Positions 40,433 to 51,118 of a DNA stretch of 64,000 nucleotides are shown here, piece by piece. The notes under the pieces were generated by a model. It was not told where the DNA came from, did no database searches, and saw only the letters and a program-made list of their open reading frames with translations. How positions within the stretch are numbered: the first letter of the stretch is position 1; each line of letters begins with the position of its first letter. The DNA comes from Frischella perrara (GTDB taxonomy: Bacteria > Pseudomonadota > Gammaproteobacteria > Enterobacterales > Orbaceae): NCBI RefSeq assembly GCF_000807275.1, contig NZ_CP009056.1, positions 991,192 to 1,055,191 of the forward strand. Reading direction: 5' to 3'. Both the position numbers and the translations under genes were made by a program.

Positions 40433-40942
40433 ATGACAGAACAATCAAATAACCAAATGAAACTAATCGATTTTATGCAAACTAATCCAGAAGGAACTTT
40501 AGAGAAAATAGCTCAAGATTACCAAGTTAGTTTGAGCGAGGTTATTCAAGCATTACCGAATGTTAAATTAGCTGATGGTAATCAGTTTGATACTATTTGG
40601 CAAGAAGTTGAAACATGGGGTGAAATTACATTTTTAATTCATACTAAAGATATTATAGCTGAATTTTCTGGTGAATTGCCTTCAGGTTCTCATCGTGCCG
40701 GTTATTTCAATCTTAAACATAAACAGGGTTTAAGTGGACATATAAAAGCTGAGCATTGCCAACAAATAGCCTTTATCGAACGCAACTTTATGAAAATGTC
40801 TACGGCATCCATTATTTTCCTCAATAAACATGGTGAAGCGATGTTTAAGATTTTTGTTGGTCGTGATTCTCATCATCAATTGAAAGCAGATCAGTTGGAT
40901 AAATTTAAAGCCTTAGCGCAAAGATATAACAAAAAGATATAA
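40433..40942 (+). CDS. chuX: Haem utilisation cytosolic carrier protein ChuX/HutX
   Basis: 169 aa, family-typical size. Position between chuW and chuY. Confidence 0.7.
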   Translation: MTEQSNNQMKLIDFMQTNPEGTLEKIAQDYQVSLSEVIQALPNVKLADGNQFDTIWQEVETWGEITFLIHTKDIIAEFSGELPSGSHRAGYFNLKHKQGLSGHIKAEHCQQIAFIERNFMKMSTASIIFLNKHGEAMFKIFVGRDSHHQLKADQLDKFKALAQRYNKKI

Positions 40943-40962
40943 CAAATAGAACTGACAACATA

Positions 40963-41601
40963 ATGAAAACATTACTAATTTTTGGTGTTAGCGCACAACA
41001 CGGAACAGGTTATAACGTTTTACAAACCGTCTTAACTCACTATCCAGACTGGCGATGCTTGGTTTTAGTACGACATGCTGATTTGGCTTATCAACTTACG
41101 CAACAGGGAGTTCAATGTATCGTTGGTGATGCAACTGATTCTGAGGCAGTTGAACAGTTATGTAAAACGGCTGGTGAGCAGGCTATTATCGTCTCGACTC
41201 TTGGTGGTACAACCGGTAACTATACTGCGCAACGAGTAATTATTGATGCTGCTGAAAAAACCGGTATCCAACACATGTTGTTAGTCACATCTCTAGGGTG
41301 TGGTGAAACGTGGTCAACTTTATCATTACGTGCTAAACAAGCATTTGGTCAATCAGTACGCGAAAAGTCATTAGCAGAAGTTTGGTTGCAAACCAGCTCT
41401 CTTCAGTATTTGATTTTAAGACCCGGTGGTTTACTTGATGGCGATGCGACAGGTCAAGGTCAGTGCTATTATCAACAAGAAGTTCATGGCTTTATTCGAC
41501 GCCGTGAACTAGCGGAATTGATTATAAGAAAAATTGAAAATCAAGAATGGGATAATCGAGCATATAGTGTAATTGATCCTAGTATAAACGTTGAACGCTA
41601 A
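40963..41601 (+). CDS. chuY: NAD(P)H-binding protein ChuY (anaerobilin reductase-like)
   Basis: 212 aa. N-terminal Rossmann-like LLIFGVSAQHGTGYN. Conserved chuWXY context. Confidence 0.6.
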   Translation: MKTLLIFGVSAQHGTGYNVLQTVLTHYPDWRCLVLVRHADLAYQLTQQGVQCIVGDATDSEAVEQLCKTAGEQAIIVSTLGGTTGNYTAQRVIIDAAEKTGIQHMLLVTSLGCGETWSTLSLRAKQAFGQSVREKSLAEVWLQTSSLQYLILRPGGLLDGDATGQGQCYYQQEVHGFIRRRELAELIIRKIENQEWDNRAYSVIDPSINVER

Positions 41602-41650
41602 TATTGATCAAGAATAGTTTGAAAACGATTTTAATTAATGAGGTTGATTT

Positions 41651-42637
41651 ATGAACATAACTAACCCACGAATTTGGCTGTGGAGGTTAGGGGTACTTTT
41701 ATTTGTAGTTTTTGTATTTTCAACCAATGCTGGGGCATTACATTTTACTTTCTATCAGCTATTAACTATGTCATTTGATGACCCATTATGGAATATTTGG
41801 TTTAATATTCGTTTGCCTCGCATTCTATTGGCTATTGTGGTTGGTATGGCGTTAGCCTGTTCGGGGGCAGTCATGCAAGGTTTATTTAGAAATCCCTTAG
41901 CCGATTCAGGTCTTCTAGGCATTAGTAGTGGTGCAGCTTTGATGGTTACATTGACTATTTTGTTTCCGACTATTTTTCCTTCCATTATTATGCTTTATGG
42001 CAAGATGATCGCCGCTTTTATTGGTGGAACAGTTATTTGCTTAATTATATATATCTATAGTTTAAGCGAACAAGGCAACATGGCAAAATTAGTTTTATTA
42101 GGCGTTGCTATAAATGCGATTATTGTCGCTATCATGGGATGTTTGACTTATATAAGTGATGATCTACAACTTCGTCAAATTTCTTTATGGTCGATGGGGC
42201 ATTTAGGTAAAGGTTCTTGGGAGCTTGTTTTAGTTGCAGTTTCTCTTATTTTCCCTTCAATTATTGGTATTCTTAAATTATCTCAGCAGCTTAATATTTT
42301 ACAACTTGGTGATGAGGATGCGCATTATCTAGGGATTAATGTGCAAAGAGTTAAACGTTATTTACTATTATTAAGCGCATTATTAATAGGAACTGCCGTT
42401 GCGGTTAGTGGCATTATTGCTTTCATTGGTTTGGTCGTACCACATATGATACGATTGCTAATTGGTGCAGATCATCGAGGTTTAATTTTGGGGTCTGCTT
42501 TAGGTGGAGCATGTTTATTGTTATTTGCCGATACCCTCGCACGTACGGTGGTCGCTCCAACTGAAATTCCGGTAGGACTTTTCACTAGTCTTATTGGTGG
42601 ACCTTATTTTCTATGGCTAATTTTGAAACATAAATAA
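41651..42637 (+). CDS. hmuU: Haemin ABC transporter permease HmuU/ChuU (FecCD family)
   Basis: 328 aa. FecCD-family permease motifs (RLPRILLAIVVGMALA.SGA.MQGLFRNPLA). Confidence 0.85.
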   Translation: MNITNPRIWLWRLGVLLFVVFVFSTNAGALHFTFYQLLTMSFDDPLWNIWFNIRLPRILLAIVVGMALACSGAVMQGLFRNPLADSGLLGISSGAALMVTLTILFPTIFPSIIMLYGKMIAAFIGGTVICLIIYIYSLSEQGNMAKLVLLGVAINAIIVAIMGCLTYISDDLQLRQISLWSMGHLGKGSWELVLVAVSLIFPSIIGILKLSQQLNILQLGDEDAHYLGINVQRVKRYLLLLSALLIGTAVAVSGIIAFIGLVVPHMIRLLIGADHRGLILGSALGGACLLLFADTLARTVVAPTEIPVGLFTSLIGGPYFLWLILKHK

Positions 42638-42650
42638 TAGGTAATTATAC

Positions 42651-43424
42651 ATGTTGATTGCAAATAATCTCGTCTTTCAGTGTGGTCAGCGCACTTTAAT
42701 TAATGATGTTTGCTTAAATATTCATGCTGGTGAAATCGTTATAATAATTGGTCCTAATGGAGCAGGTAAATCTACATTATTACGTTTATTAACGGGATAT
42801 CAAGCGCCTTCCAGTGGCGAATGTTTATTACTTAATCAACCTTTATTGCAATGGGAAAATCGTGATCTGGCTAAAATACGAACTGTAATGCGTCAGCATA
42901 GTCAATTATCTTTCCCATTTAAAGTAAAAGAAGTTGTTGCAATGGGACGGGCACCTTATGGCAAGGCGAATCTTAAGCAAGCAATCATGCAAGTAATGCA
43001 ACAAACTGACTGTTTATCACTAGCAGAACGTGATTACCGTAGTCTTTCGGGGGGTGAACAACAACGCGTACAATTAGCTCGTGTGTTAGCACAATTATGG
43101 CAAGTAAACAAAACAGAAAAATTACTGTTCTTAGATGAACCGACGTCAGCCTTAGATTTATATCATCAGCAACATACTTTACGCTTATTAAAAAAACTAG
43201 CTGTTGAGCAGCGCTTGGCTGTATGTTGTGTACTGCATGATCTTAATTTAGCAGCGTTATATGCTGATCGCGTTTTATTACTTAGTGAGGGTAAAATTGT
43301 ATTACAAGGAACCCCTGAGGAGGTTATTACTGCCGAGAACATTCATCATTGGTATGGTGTTGAATTAGGTGTTCATGCGCATCCCAATTACGCTGAGACA
43401 CCACAAATTTACATGAATCGTTAG
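42651..43424 (+). CDS. hmuV: Haemin ABC transporter ATP-binding protein HmuV/ChuV
   Basis: 257 aa. Walker [18 protein letters not shown], Walker [13 protein letters not shown]. Confidence 0.85.
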   Translation: MLIANNLVFQCGQRTLINDVCLNIHAGEIVIIIGPNGAGKSTLLRLLTGYQAPSSGECLLLNQPLLQWENRDLAKIRTVMRQHSQLSFPFKVKEVVAMGRAPYGKANLKQAIMQVMQQTDCLSLAERDYRSLSGGEQQRVQLARVLAQLWQVNKTEKLLFLDEPTSALDLYHQQHTLRLLKKLAVEQRLAVCCVLHDLNLAALYADRVLLLSEGKIVLQGTPEEVITAENIHHWYGVELGVHAHPNYAETPQIYMNR

Positions 43425-43518
43425 ATAGTTTTTTTAACGAAAGGTACGTTTATTTATGTGTAAATGGGCAATTAGTTTACCAACCTATACCATGCAATAT
43501 AGTAAAGTGGTATGAGGT

Positions 43519-44058
43519 TTACGAAGTTGTAGCAGTTTTGGGTATGGCTAACTCCGTTAGATTTATTCCTTCCAAGGTTAATAATTGAACTTTTTTATCA
43601 ATACCACCCGCATAACCAGTTAAACTCCCATTGCTTCCTATTACTCTATGGCAAGGAATAATGATAGAAATGGGATTATGCCCAACAGCACCACCGATGG
43701 CTTGTGCAGACATATGCGGTTTGTTTAAAATTTGTGCCACTTGTTTGGCAATATCTTTATAGGTTGTTAACTGTCCATAAGGAATTTGGATTAGTATCTG
43801 CCAAACCATTTGCCGAAAACTACTTCCAATTGGTGCCAATTCTAGCTGTTTGATATTAGGATGATGGCCATCAAAATATTCATCTAGCCATTTCTTTGTT
43901 TGATTAAAAATAGGTAGATTTGCTTTTTCAATTAACTTATTTGATACAGTATCACCAAAATATTTTTGATTTTCGATCCATAAACCAACCAACTTCTCTC
44001 GATGAGAAGCTAAGGTAATTAATCCTACTGGTGATGGAAACTGCGTAGTATAAAACAT
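43519..44058 (-). CDS. ogt: Methylated-DNA-protein-cysteine methyltransferase (Ogt/MGMT)
   Basis: 179 aa. Active site IPCHRVIGSNGSLTGYAGG. Confidence 0.85.
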   Translation of the reverse strand: MFYTTQFPSPVGLITLASHREKLVGLWIENQKYFGDTVSNKLIEKANLPIFNQTKKWLDEYFDGHHPNIKQLELAPIGSSFRQMVWQILIQIPYGQLTTYKDIAKQVAQILNKPHMSAQAIGGAVGHNPISIIIPCHRVIGSNGSLTGYAGGIDKKVQLLTLEGINLTELAIPKTATTS

Positions 44059-44430
44059 ATTTCAACCTTTCTTTTTTATAATCGTCTTTAAAGAGTGATT
44101 TTAATATTCAAAGCAAACATTAACATTAATATTAATAGTTGAATTTCATTAACAATATCATCAGTAACACAAGATAAAAATCATTACATTAAAAATGTAA
44201 TTAATAGCTTTTATTAATTATTTCAATGAGTTAATATATTTACATTGTCTTTACAAAGTAAACATATATTAAATATATTGCATGGTTAAATCGAATTATT
44301 TTCAGCTGTTTATTTAAAATTAATATCCGTATGGCACGATTGCTTAAGTATACGATAAAGTTTTATTATTAGGCTATCTTAATTGATCTTGAATCAATTG
44401 CAATAGTTAACTTAGGGAGGCCTACTTGTT

Positions 44431-46092
44431 ATGTTAGCAAATCAAAGATCCAATCGGTTATGGAATACTAGACTGATTGAGAAAAAAAGGCGCATTGATG
44501 CGATAAAAGGACTTGCTAATGGCAAAGTGCTAGCACAAGAGAATTTTATTCAGGCATTAGAGCAGCTAATAGTGTCCGGTGATAAAGTTGTTTTAGAAGG
44601 AAACAATCAAAAGCAAGCTGATTTTTTAGCTCGCATGCTGTGTCGAGTTGATCCGGATAAAGTTAATAATCTACATATGCTTATGCCTAGTATTGGTTTA
44701 CCTGAACACTTAGATATCTTCGAAAAAGGGATTGCAAAAAAATTGGACTTTTCCTTTTCTGGTACGCAAAGTTTGCGAATATCTCAATTACTAAGTGATA
44801 ATATTTTAGAGATTGGGGCGATTCATACCTATATTGAACTTTATGCCCGATTATTTGTTGATCTTATTCCTAACGTTGCCCTCGTCGCAGCTTATAAAGC
44901 TGATCGTAATGGTAATTTATATACCGGTCCAAGTACTGAAGATACTCCATCAATCGTTGAAGCCACAGCCTTTAAAAATGGTATAGTCATCGCTCAAGTT
45001 AATGAATTAGTCGATAATGACAGTGATTTACCACGGGTTGATATTCCAGCTTCATGGGTTGATTTTGTGGTTGTTGCTGATAAACCTTTCTTTATAGAAC
45101 CTCTTTTTACCCGTGATCCACGATTAATTAAGCCAATACATGTTTTAATGGGAATGATGGCAATAAAAGGTATTTACGCCAAGCATCAAGTAAAATCGCT
45201 TAATCATGGTATTGGTTTTAATACTGCTGCTATTGAATTATTGTTACCAACCTATGGCGAACAATTAGGTTTAAAAGGGAAAATCTGCCAACATTGGGCA
45301 TTAAATCCTCACCCTACATTAATTCCAGCCATTGAAAGTGGTTGGGTTGAAACAGTACATTGTTTTGGCGGTGAGTTAGGGATGGAAAGATATGTGGCAG
45401 CCCGTCCAGACGTCTTTTTCACAGGCCATGATGGCAGTATGCGTTCTAACCGAACTTTATGTCAACTAGCCGGTCAATATGGCGTAGATATGTTTGTTGG
45501 TTCTACTTTGCAAGTTGACGGTTTAGGTAATTCATCAACCGTCACTCGAGGCAGACTAGCCGGCTTTGGTGGTGCACCCAATATGGGACACGATCCACAC
45601 GGGCGTCGCCACGCAACAAAAGCATGGCTTGATATGATGCAAACGCAAAATCCGGTTGATCATGGTCACAAATTAGTTGTTCAAATGGTCGAAACATTTC
45701 AATCTGGCGCTAAACCGACCTTTGTTGAACAATTAGATGCCGTTGAAGTGGGTAAACAATCTGGTATGCCGATCGCACCTGTAATGATTTATGGCGATGA
45801 TATAACACATGTTTTGACCGAAGAAGGTATTGCTTATTTATATCAAGCCACTTCGTTGGAAGAACGTCGTGCTATGGTTGCGGCGGTTGCAGGAATAACA
45901 GATATCGGTTTAGGTGTGGATAGTGAGCGCGTAGCACAATTTCGTCGTGAAGGGAAAGTCGCATTTCCACAAGATCTCGGTATTCAACCCACTCAGGCTG
46001 AACGTTCTCTTTTAGCGGCAAAAAGCATTGCTGATTTAGTTGATTGGTCTGGTGGCTTATATGATCCTCCAGCAAAATTTAGAAGTTGGTAG
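44431..46092 (+). CDS. mdcA: Malonate decarboxylase alpha subunit (acetyl-S-ACP:malonate ACP transferase)
   Basis: 553 aa, colinear with the MdcA family. It is the first gene of a co-directional mdc cluster. Confidence 0.85.
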   Translation: MLANQRSNRLWNTRLIEKKRRIDAIKGLANGKVLAQENFIQALEQLIVSGDKVVLEGNNQKQADFLARMLCRVDPDKVNNLHMLMPSIGLPEHLDIFEKGIAKKLDFSFSGTQSLRISQLLSDNILEIGAIHTYIELYARLFVDLIPNVALVAAYKADRNGNLYTGPSTEDTPSIVEATAFKNGIVIAQVNELVDNDSDLPRVDIPASWVDFVVVADKPFFIEPLFTRDPRLIKPIHVLMGMMAIKGIYAKHQVKSLNHGIGFNTAAIELLLPTYGEQLGLKGKICQHWALNPHPTLIPAIESGWVETVHCFGGELGMERYVAARPDVFFTGHDGSMRSNRTLCQLAGQYGVDMFVGSTLQVDGLGNSSTVTRGRLAGFGGAPNMGHDPHGRRHATKAWLDMMQTQNPVDHGHKLVVQMVETFQSGAKPTFVEQLDAVEVGKQSGMPIAPVMIYGDDITHVLTEEGIAYLYQATSLEERRAMVAAVAGITDIGLGVDSERVAQFRREGKVAFPQDLGIQPTQAERSLLAAKSIADLVDWSGGLYDPPAKFRSW

Positions 46093-46195
46093 GGTGATGC
46101 TTAAATGGTAAATATCACTATTAGATCAGAGATTATCATTTTAGTAATTAGTATCAATTAAGCATATATAATCATTATATAAGCAAGAGGATGTT

Positions 46196-46501
46196 ATGGA
46201 AAAAATTGAACTCAGTTTTCCGGCAACGGAGAAATTCAGATTTAAAGCCTTGGCTGGTGTTGTAGGATCAGGTGATCTTGAAGCATTATTCATTCCGCAT
46301 CAAGAAAATGTATTGAAAGTGACAATCAAAACATCAGTGGATGGCAGTAAATTACGTTGGCAAAATTTATTTAATCGATATGCTGCCCTTCATTTATTAC
46401 CAATGGGAACTCTAGATATTAACGATTTTGCTGCTACTCCAGGCGTTGCGAAACTACGAATTGAACAAGTTTTTGAGGATGCTAAAGATGGCAAAAAATG
46501 A
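46196..46501 (+). CDS. mdcC: Malonate decarboxylase acyl carrier protein (delta subunit)
   Basis: 101 aa. The conserved prosthetic-group-carrying Ser region (VVGSGDLEAL) is typical of MdcC/CitD. Confidence 0.75.
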   Translation: MEKIELSFPATEKFRFKALAGVVGSGDLEALFIPHQENVLKVTIKTSVDGSKLRWQNLFNRYAALHLLPMGTLDINDFAATPGVAKLRIEQVFEDAKDGKK

Positions 46502-47327
46502 TATGAGTTTTATTGAACTTGGTGCCCGTGAACGAGCTCGTCAGATATTAGATCAAGGTAGTTTTCGCGAATTGTTAGATCCTTTTGATAAAATTACTTC
46601 ACCTTGGTTAGAGCCACAAGGCATTGTCCCAGAATTTGATGATGGAATGATCATTGCTAAAGGTATGATCAATGGTAAACCTACGGTTGTAATGGCGATT
46701 GAAGGCGTGTTTCAGGGTGGAAGTATGGGAGAAGTCTCTGGAGCTAAAATGGCATCAGCACTTGAATTAGCAGCAGAAGATAATCGTAAAGGTATTGCTA
46801 CTCAGGCAATTATGTTATTTGAAACAGGTGGCGTCAGATTACAAGAGGCTAATTTGGGCTTAGCAGCAATTGCCGATATTCATTCGGCAATTGTAGATTT
46901 ACGTCGTTATATACCTGTAATTGGCATTATTGCGGGAACAGTGGGTTGTTTTGGTGGAATGTCTATTGCTGCTGGATTATGCAGTTATTTAATTGTGACA
47001 CGAGAAGCTAGATTAGGTCTTAATGGTCCACAAGTTATTGAGCAAGAAGCTGGAATTGATGAATACAACTCTCGTAATCGTCCCTTTATTTGGAGTATGA
47101 CGGGTGGTGAAGTACGAAAGAAAAACGGTTTTGCTGACATCATTGTTAATGATTCAGTCATTGAAATAAAAAATGCAATTAAGCAATGTATAGATAAGGG
47201 ACTTCCTAAGCGATTACGATCGGATAACTATGCTTATTATCTTGATAAACTAAACAAAGTTGATACTACTAAGCAAGCTGATGCTACTATGGTTGAAAGT
47301 CTATTCGGTGAAGGGGGAACAAAATGA
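46488..47327 (+). CDS. mdcD: Malonate decarboxylase beta subunit (carboxyltransferase)
   Basis: Carboxyltransferase-fold motifs. The most plausible start is ATG 46488 (MAKNDMSF...), which overlaps the mdcC stop. The ORF track gives a longer 46428 start that sits inside mdcC. Confidence 0.8.
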   Translation: MAKNDMSFIELGARERARQILDQGSFRELLDPFDKITSPWLEPQGIVPEFDDGMIIAKGMINGKPTVVMAIEGVFQGGSMGEVSGAKMASALELAAEDNRKGIATQAIMLFETGGVRLQEANLGLAAIADIHSAIVDLRRYIPVIGIIAGTVGCFGGMSIAAGLCSYLIVTREARLGLNGPQVIEQEAGIDEYNSRNRPFIWSMTGGEVRKKNGFADIIVNDSVIEIKNAIKQCIDKGLPKRLRSDNYAYYLDKLNKVDTTKQADATMVESLFGEGGTK

Positions 47328-48130
47328 GTGCGAATATATTAAGTCGGGGTGATTATTGGTTCTCCTTATTAACAAAAGATGCTCAAATAAAAGAGGGTCA
47401 ATGTCATTCGGTTAAAGTTGCAGATGGTAATATTGAAGGAAAACGCTGCCGTTTTATTGCGGTAGTACCAGATGCTAATAATAAATATCCTCGTTCTCGG
47501 CATGGGGAAGTCGGATTATTAGAAGGGTGGACATTAGCACAGATCGTGCAGGAAGTAATTGATAAAGATCAATCACAATCTGAAAAAACAGCGATTATTG
47601 CTATCATTGATGTCCCAAGCCAAGCCTATGGGCGTAGGGAAGAAGCTTTCGGTATACACCAAGCATTGGCCGGTGCAGCTGGAGCATATGCCAAAGCGCG
47701 TCTTGCTGGTCACCCTATTATAGGATTAATTGTTGGTAAGGCTATGTCAGGTGCATTTCTAGCCCATGGCTATCAAGCTAATCGGCTAATTGCTTTTAAT
47801 GATAAAGAAGTACTTATTCATGCGATGGGGAAAGAATCGGCAGCACGAATTACATTGCGCTCGGTTGCTGCTTTAGAACAACTAGCCGCAACCATTCCAC
47901 CAATGGCATATGATATAGCCAATTACAACAAACTAGGGTTACTGTATAAATTGCTTGATATCAGCGATCCAGATCAAGCCACTGAAAGTGATTTAAAACT
48001 AGTTAACAATACACTATCTGACGCAATTAATAATACATTAGCAAGTGACGTAAGTTTAAACAGTCGATTAAATGGAAAAGATCGGCATGCATCAGTAATT
48101 GTCCGTGAAAAAATGCGCGCTCAATGGTAA
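47324..48130 (+). CDS. mdcE: Malonate decarboxylase gamma subunit
   Basis: 268 aa. Translationally coupled to mdcD by an ATGA overlap. Carboxyltransferase-like. Confidence 0.75.
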   Translation: MSANILSRGDYWFSLLTKDAQIKEGQCHSVKVADGNIEGKRCRFIAVVPDANNKYPRSRHGEVGLLEGWTLAQIVQEVIDKDQSQSEKTAIIAIIDVPSQAYGRREEAFGIHQALAGAAGAYAKARLAGHPIIGLIVGKAMSGAFLAHGYQANRLIAFNDKEVLIHAMGKESAARITLRSVAALEQLAATIPPMAYDIANYNKLGLLYKLLDISDPDQATESDLKLVNNTLSDAINNTLASDVSLNSRLNGKDRHASVIVREKMRAQW

Positions 48131-48221
48131 ATGAAGAGTCCAGTAAAAAGCAGTTTTTTCAAGTATTTAAAACGTGTAGCAACACTTATTTTCGTTGATT
48201 GTCCATCAATTAGGTAAAATT

Positions 48222-49181
48222 ATGACATACATTATCATTAAGGCGTTATCACCTATCTTTATCATCATGCTGTTAGGTTTTTATGCAGGAAAGCGAAGTT
48301 TGGTTGATAACAAAAATGTTACATTATTAAATGTATTTGTGATGGATTTTGCATTACCGGCGGCACTATTTACTGCAACGGTACAAACAGCATGGCAGGG
48401 TATTATTCAACAATGGCATCTGGTACTTGTTATTGTGATTGCAATGTGGATTACTTTTTTTGTTTTTTATTATTTATCTACTAAAGTCTTCAAAAAAACC
48501 GCTCAAGATTCGGCAGTATTAACGCTTACCGTTGCTTTACCTAATTATGCGGCATTAGGTTTACCCATTTTGAGTAGTGTTGTCGGAGAAAATTCCGCGA
48601 CATCATTGTCGGTAGCTATCTGTATTGCTTGTGGTTCGGTTTTCCTTACTCCATTATGCTTATTGATTTTAGAACGAGAAAAAGTACGAACAAACGGCGG
48701 TAAACATAATTCCACACTGCAAATGTTACCGATATTAGTTTGGCGTTCAGTAACAAAACCAATTGTTCTTTGTCCATTATTAGGTGTTGTTTTATCGGCT
48801 TTGAATATTAAAATGCCCGATATTGTTTTACTCTCAATTAAACCTTTAGGCTTAGCTGCGACGGCATCAGCTTTATTTTTAACAGGATTGATTCTTTCCG
48901 CTCGTAAATTAACATTAAACCGTACGGTAATTGTAGCTTGTATTACTAAATTATTCATACAACCTTTCATTGCTTGGGGAATCATACTGATATTAGGATT
49001 ACATGGCACTATTGCAGTCACATCTATATTAGTGACCGCTTTTGCTGCTGGTTTCTTTGGTGTCGTGTTTGGCAACCGATTTGGGGTGCAATCTCCTGAT
49101 GCAGAGGCATCATTATTATTGACGTCAGTCCTAAATATTATTTCTTTACCATTGTTTATTACATTAACGTCTCACCTTTAA
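48222..49181 (+). CDS. mdcF: AEC-family (auxin efflux carrier-like) malonate transporter MdcF
   Basis: About 10 TM helices. The N-terminal MTYIIIKALSPIFIIMLLGFYAG matches AEC transporter starts. Start chosen at the second ATG (48222), which has an AGGT ribosome-binding site. The ORF track start is 48195. Confidence 0.7.
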   Translation: MTYIIIKALSPIFIIMLLGFYAGKRSLVDNKNVTLLNVFVMDFALPAALFTATVQTAWQGIIQQWHLVLVIVIAMWITFFVFYYLSTKVFKKTAQDSAVLTLTVALPNYAALGLPILSSVVGENSATSLSVAICIACGSVFLTPLCLLILEREKVRTNGGKHNSTLQMLPILVWRSVTKPIVLCPLLGVVLSALNIKMPDIVLLSIKPLGLAATASALFLTGLILSARKLTLNRTVIVACITKLFIQPFIAWGIILILGLHGTIAVTSILVTAFAAGFFGVVFGNRFGVQSPDAEASLLLTSVLNIISLPLFITLTSHL

Positions 49182-49191
49182 GGAAAAGTAA

Positions 49192-49821
49192 ATGGTTGTT
49201 TGTCCTCATGATCTAGTCTGGTTTGATGCCTTAACGGCAATAGAGATTGAGGATGAACTACCGGAATGGTTTTACCAATATTGGCAAATTGATTTACCCG
49301 TGGTGGTGCGACGTGATTATTGCCAAAAAGGTTTAATTCCAGTTGGTATTCGTGGACGATTACGTTCTCAACGTTTAGCGATCAAAATAAAATCGGCAAA
49401 TATTATTAGAATTGTAACTCCGGAGAGTTTAGTGGCAAGTCAAGCCATTGAACAATTACCCAATCATTTTCAAAAAGCCATTATGATTTTGCAAGAAAAT
49501 TCTTTACCTTGGCAATGGGGCATTGTGGGTAGTTGTGGTTATCAACTAGCTACGGGTAAGTCAGTATTAACGAAAAATAGTGATCTTGATTTAATCTTAC
49601 GCTGTCCTAAGAAAGAAAATCATGAAAAATTTGTTGAATTGGCTCGTTTACTTGATCATTTACCATGTACGGTAGATGTTCAGGTACAAACAAATATAGG
49701 TGGTTTTGTATTTAAAGAATGGATGCGAGATCGTAGGGTTTTATTAAGAACAAACCAAGGCCCATTAATGACAGAAAACCCTTGGTTTATAGAGGAAAGC
49801 TGCTATGAAAATCTTATTTAG
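49192..49821 (+). CDS. mdcG: Malonate decarboxylase holo-ACP synthase (phosphoribosyl-dephospho-CoA transferase)
   Basis: 209 aa. Size and position match MdcG. Nucleotidyltransferase-like GS..G...SDLDL motif. Confidence 0.7.
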   Translation: MVVCPHDLVWFDALTAIEIEDELPEWFYQYWQIDLPVVVRRDYCQKGLIPVGIRGRLRSQRLAIKIKSANIIRIVTPESLVASQAIEQLPNHFQKAIMILQENSLPWQWGIVGSCGYQLATGKSVLTKNSDLDLILRCPKKENHEKFVELARLLDHLPCTVDVQVQTNIGGFVFKEWMRDRRVLLRTNQGPLMTENPWFIEESCYENLI

Positions 49822-50728
49822 TTTTCCTGGGCAAGGTGCTCAGTATACTAATATGTTACATCAATTACCCAAAAGCGAAGTAACTCAACAAGTGTTAAAT
49901 TTAGCTAGTGATGTATTACAGGAAGATATACTCAATTTAGATTCTGAAACAGCCTTAAAAAATACTCGATCCGTTCAATTGTGTATTTTAATCACAGGAG
50001 TAATTTACGCTAATTTACTACAGCAACAAGGCGTTGAAGCTGATTATGTCAGTGGCTTATCCATCGGTGCTTTTCCGGCAGCAGTATTTTCAGGTGCACT
50101 TGATTTATCTGATGCAATCAAAATTGTTTCATTACGTGGTGAATTGATGCAGCACGCTTATCCACAAGGGTATGGGCTGACTTCGATACAAGGTTTATTA
50201 GAACAACAAGTTTGTTTGATTGTTGAGCAAGTTAATAGTGATCAGTATCCGGTATATATTGCTAACTTTAATGATGAGCAACAATTTGTTATTGCCGGTA
50301 GCGATCAAGCTATGTTAAAAGTTGCACAGCTTGCTAAAAAAATGGGTGCAAGAAAAGTCGTCAAACTTGCCATTAGTGTTCCATCTCACTGTCCTTTATT
50401 GACTAAAACAGCTCATCAATTAGCTCAAGCAATGGATAATATATCTATCAAGATTCCCCGAATTAGCTATTTAAGTGCCAATAATGCACGTATTATCAAC
50501 CAAGTAGAAAAACTACGTGATGATTTGGCTTATAACATGGCAAGAAGCGTTTACTGGCATGAAACTATGACTGCTGCCTATGAAAGAGGTGTTAGAATTG
50601 CTATTGAAATGCCACCTGGTGCGGTGTTAACTGGATTAACTAAAAAAGTTATGGATCAAGGTGAAGTTATTGCCTTGAATCAAGTTGGTATCATTCATGC
50701 AGTACAGTTAGTTAAAATATTAACATAA
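49805..50728 (+). CDS. mdcH: Malonyl-CoA:ACP transacylase MdcH
   Basis: 307 aa. FabD-like acyltransferase with FPGQGAQY and a GLSIG active-site serine. Confidence 0.8.
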   Translation: MKILFSFPGQGAQYTNMLHQLPKSEVTQQVLNLASDVLQEDILNLDSETALKNTRSVQLCILITGVIYANLLQQQGVEADYVSGLSIGAFPAAVFSGALDLSDAIKIVSLRGELMQHAYPQGYGLTSIQGLLEQQVCLIVEQVNSDQYPVYIANFNDEQQFVIAGSDQAMLKVAQLAKKMGARKVVKLAISVPSHCPLLTKTAHQLAQAMDNISIKIPRISYLSANNARIINQVEKLRDDLAYNMARSVYWHETMTAAYERGVRIAIEMPPGAVLTGLTKKVMDQGEVIALNQVGIIHAVQLVKILT

Positions 50729-51118
50729 AGACTCTGCTTTTTATTGTTATTAGACAACCGTATAGCTTTGAAACTAATCCAAACATCAATTCTGTTCACA
50801 AATTATTATTTAGATAACATTTTACCAACTTTTATAAGTTGTATTTTCAAATATTAATATTTTTTCCCCCTATAAAATTTCGTTAGCAATATTAACTATT
50901 TTTAAAGTCAATAATTTATGGAAATTATTGGCTTTTAATTGCCTTTCACATTTTATTTTTTTTATACAATTTATGATTAATAATTGCTAAATATGTAAAT
51001 GTTATTATAATCTGGGGAAATAATTATAAATAAAAGATAATAATTGAGTTATCAAAATAAAACACAATAAAAAGCTAAAAAATCAAACAATTATAATAAA
51101 AGAAAGGAATGAAAGGTA

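Noticed and set aside
43425-43518. Possible imperfect stem (cctatacca...tggtatgagg) between hmuV and ogt
   Set aside because: Too many mismatches and no flanking U/A tract. Not reported as a terminator.
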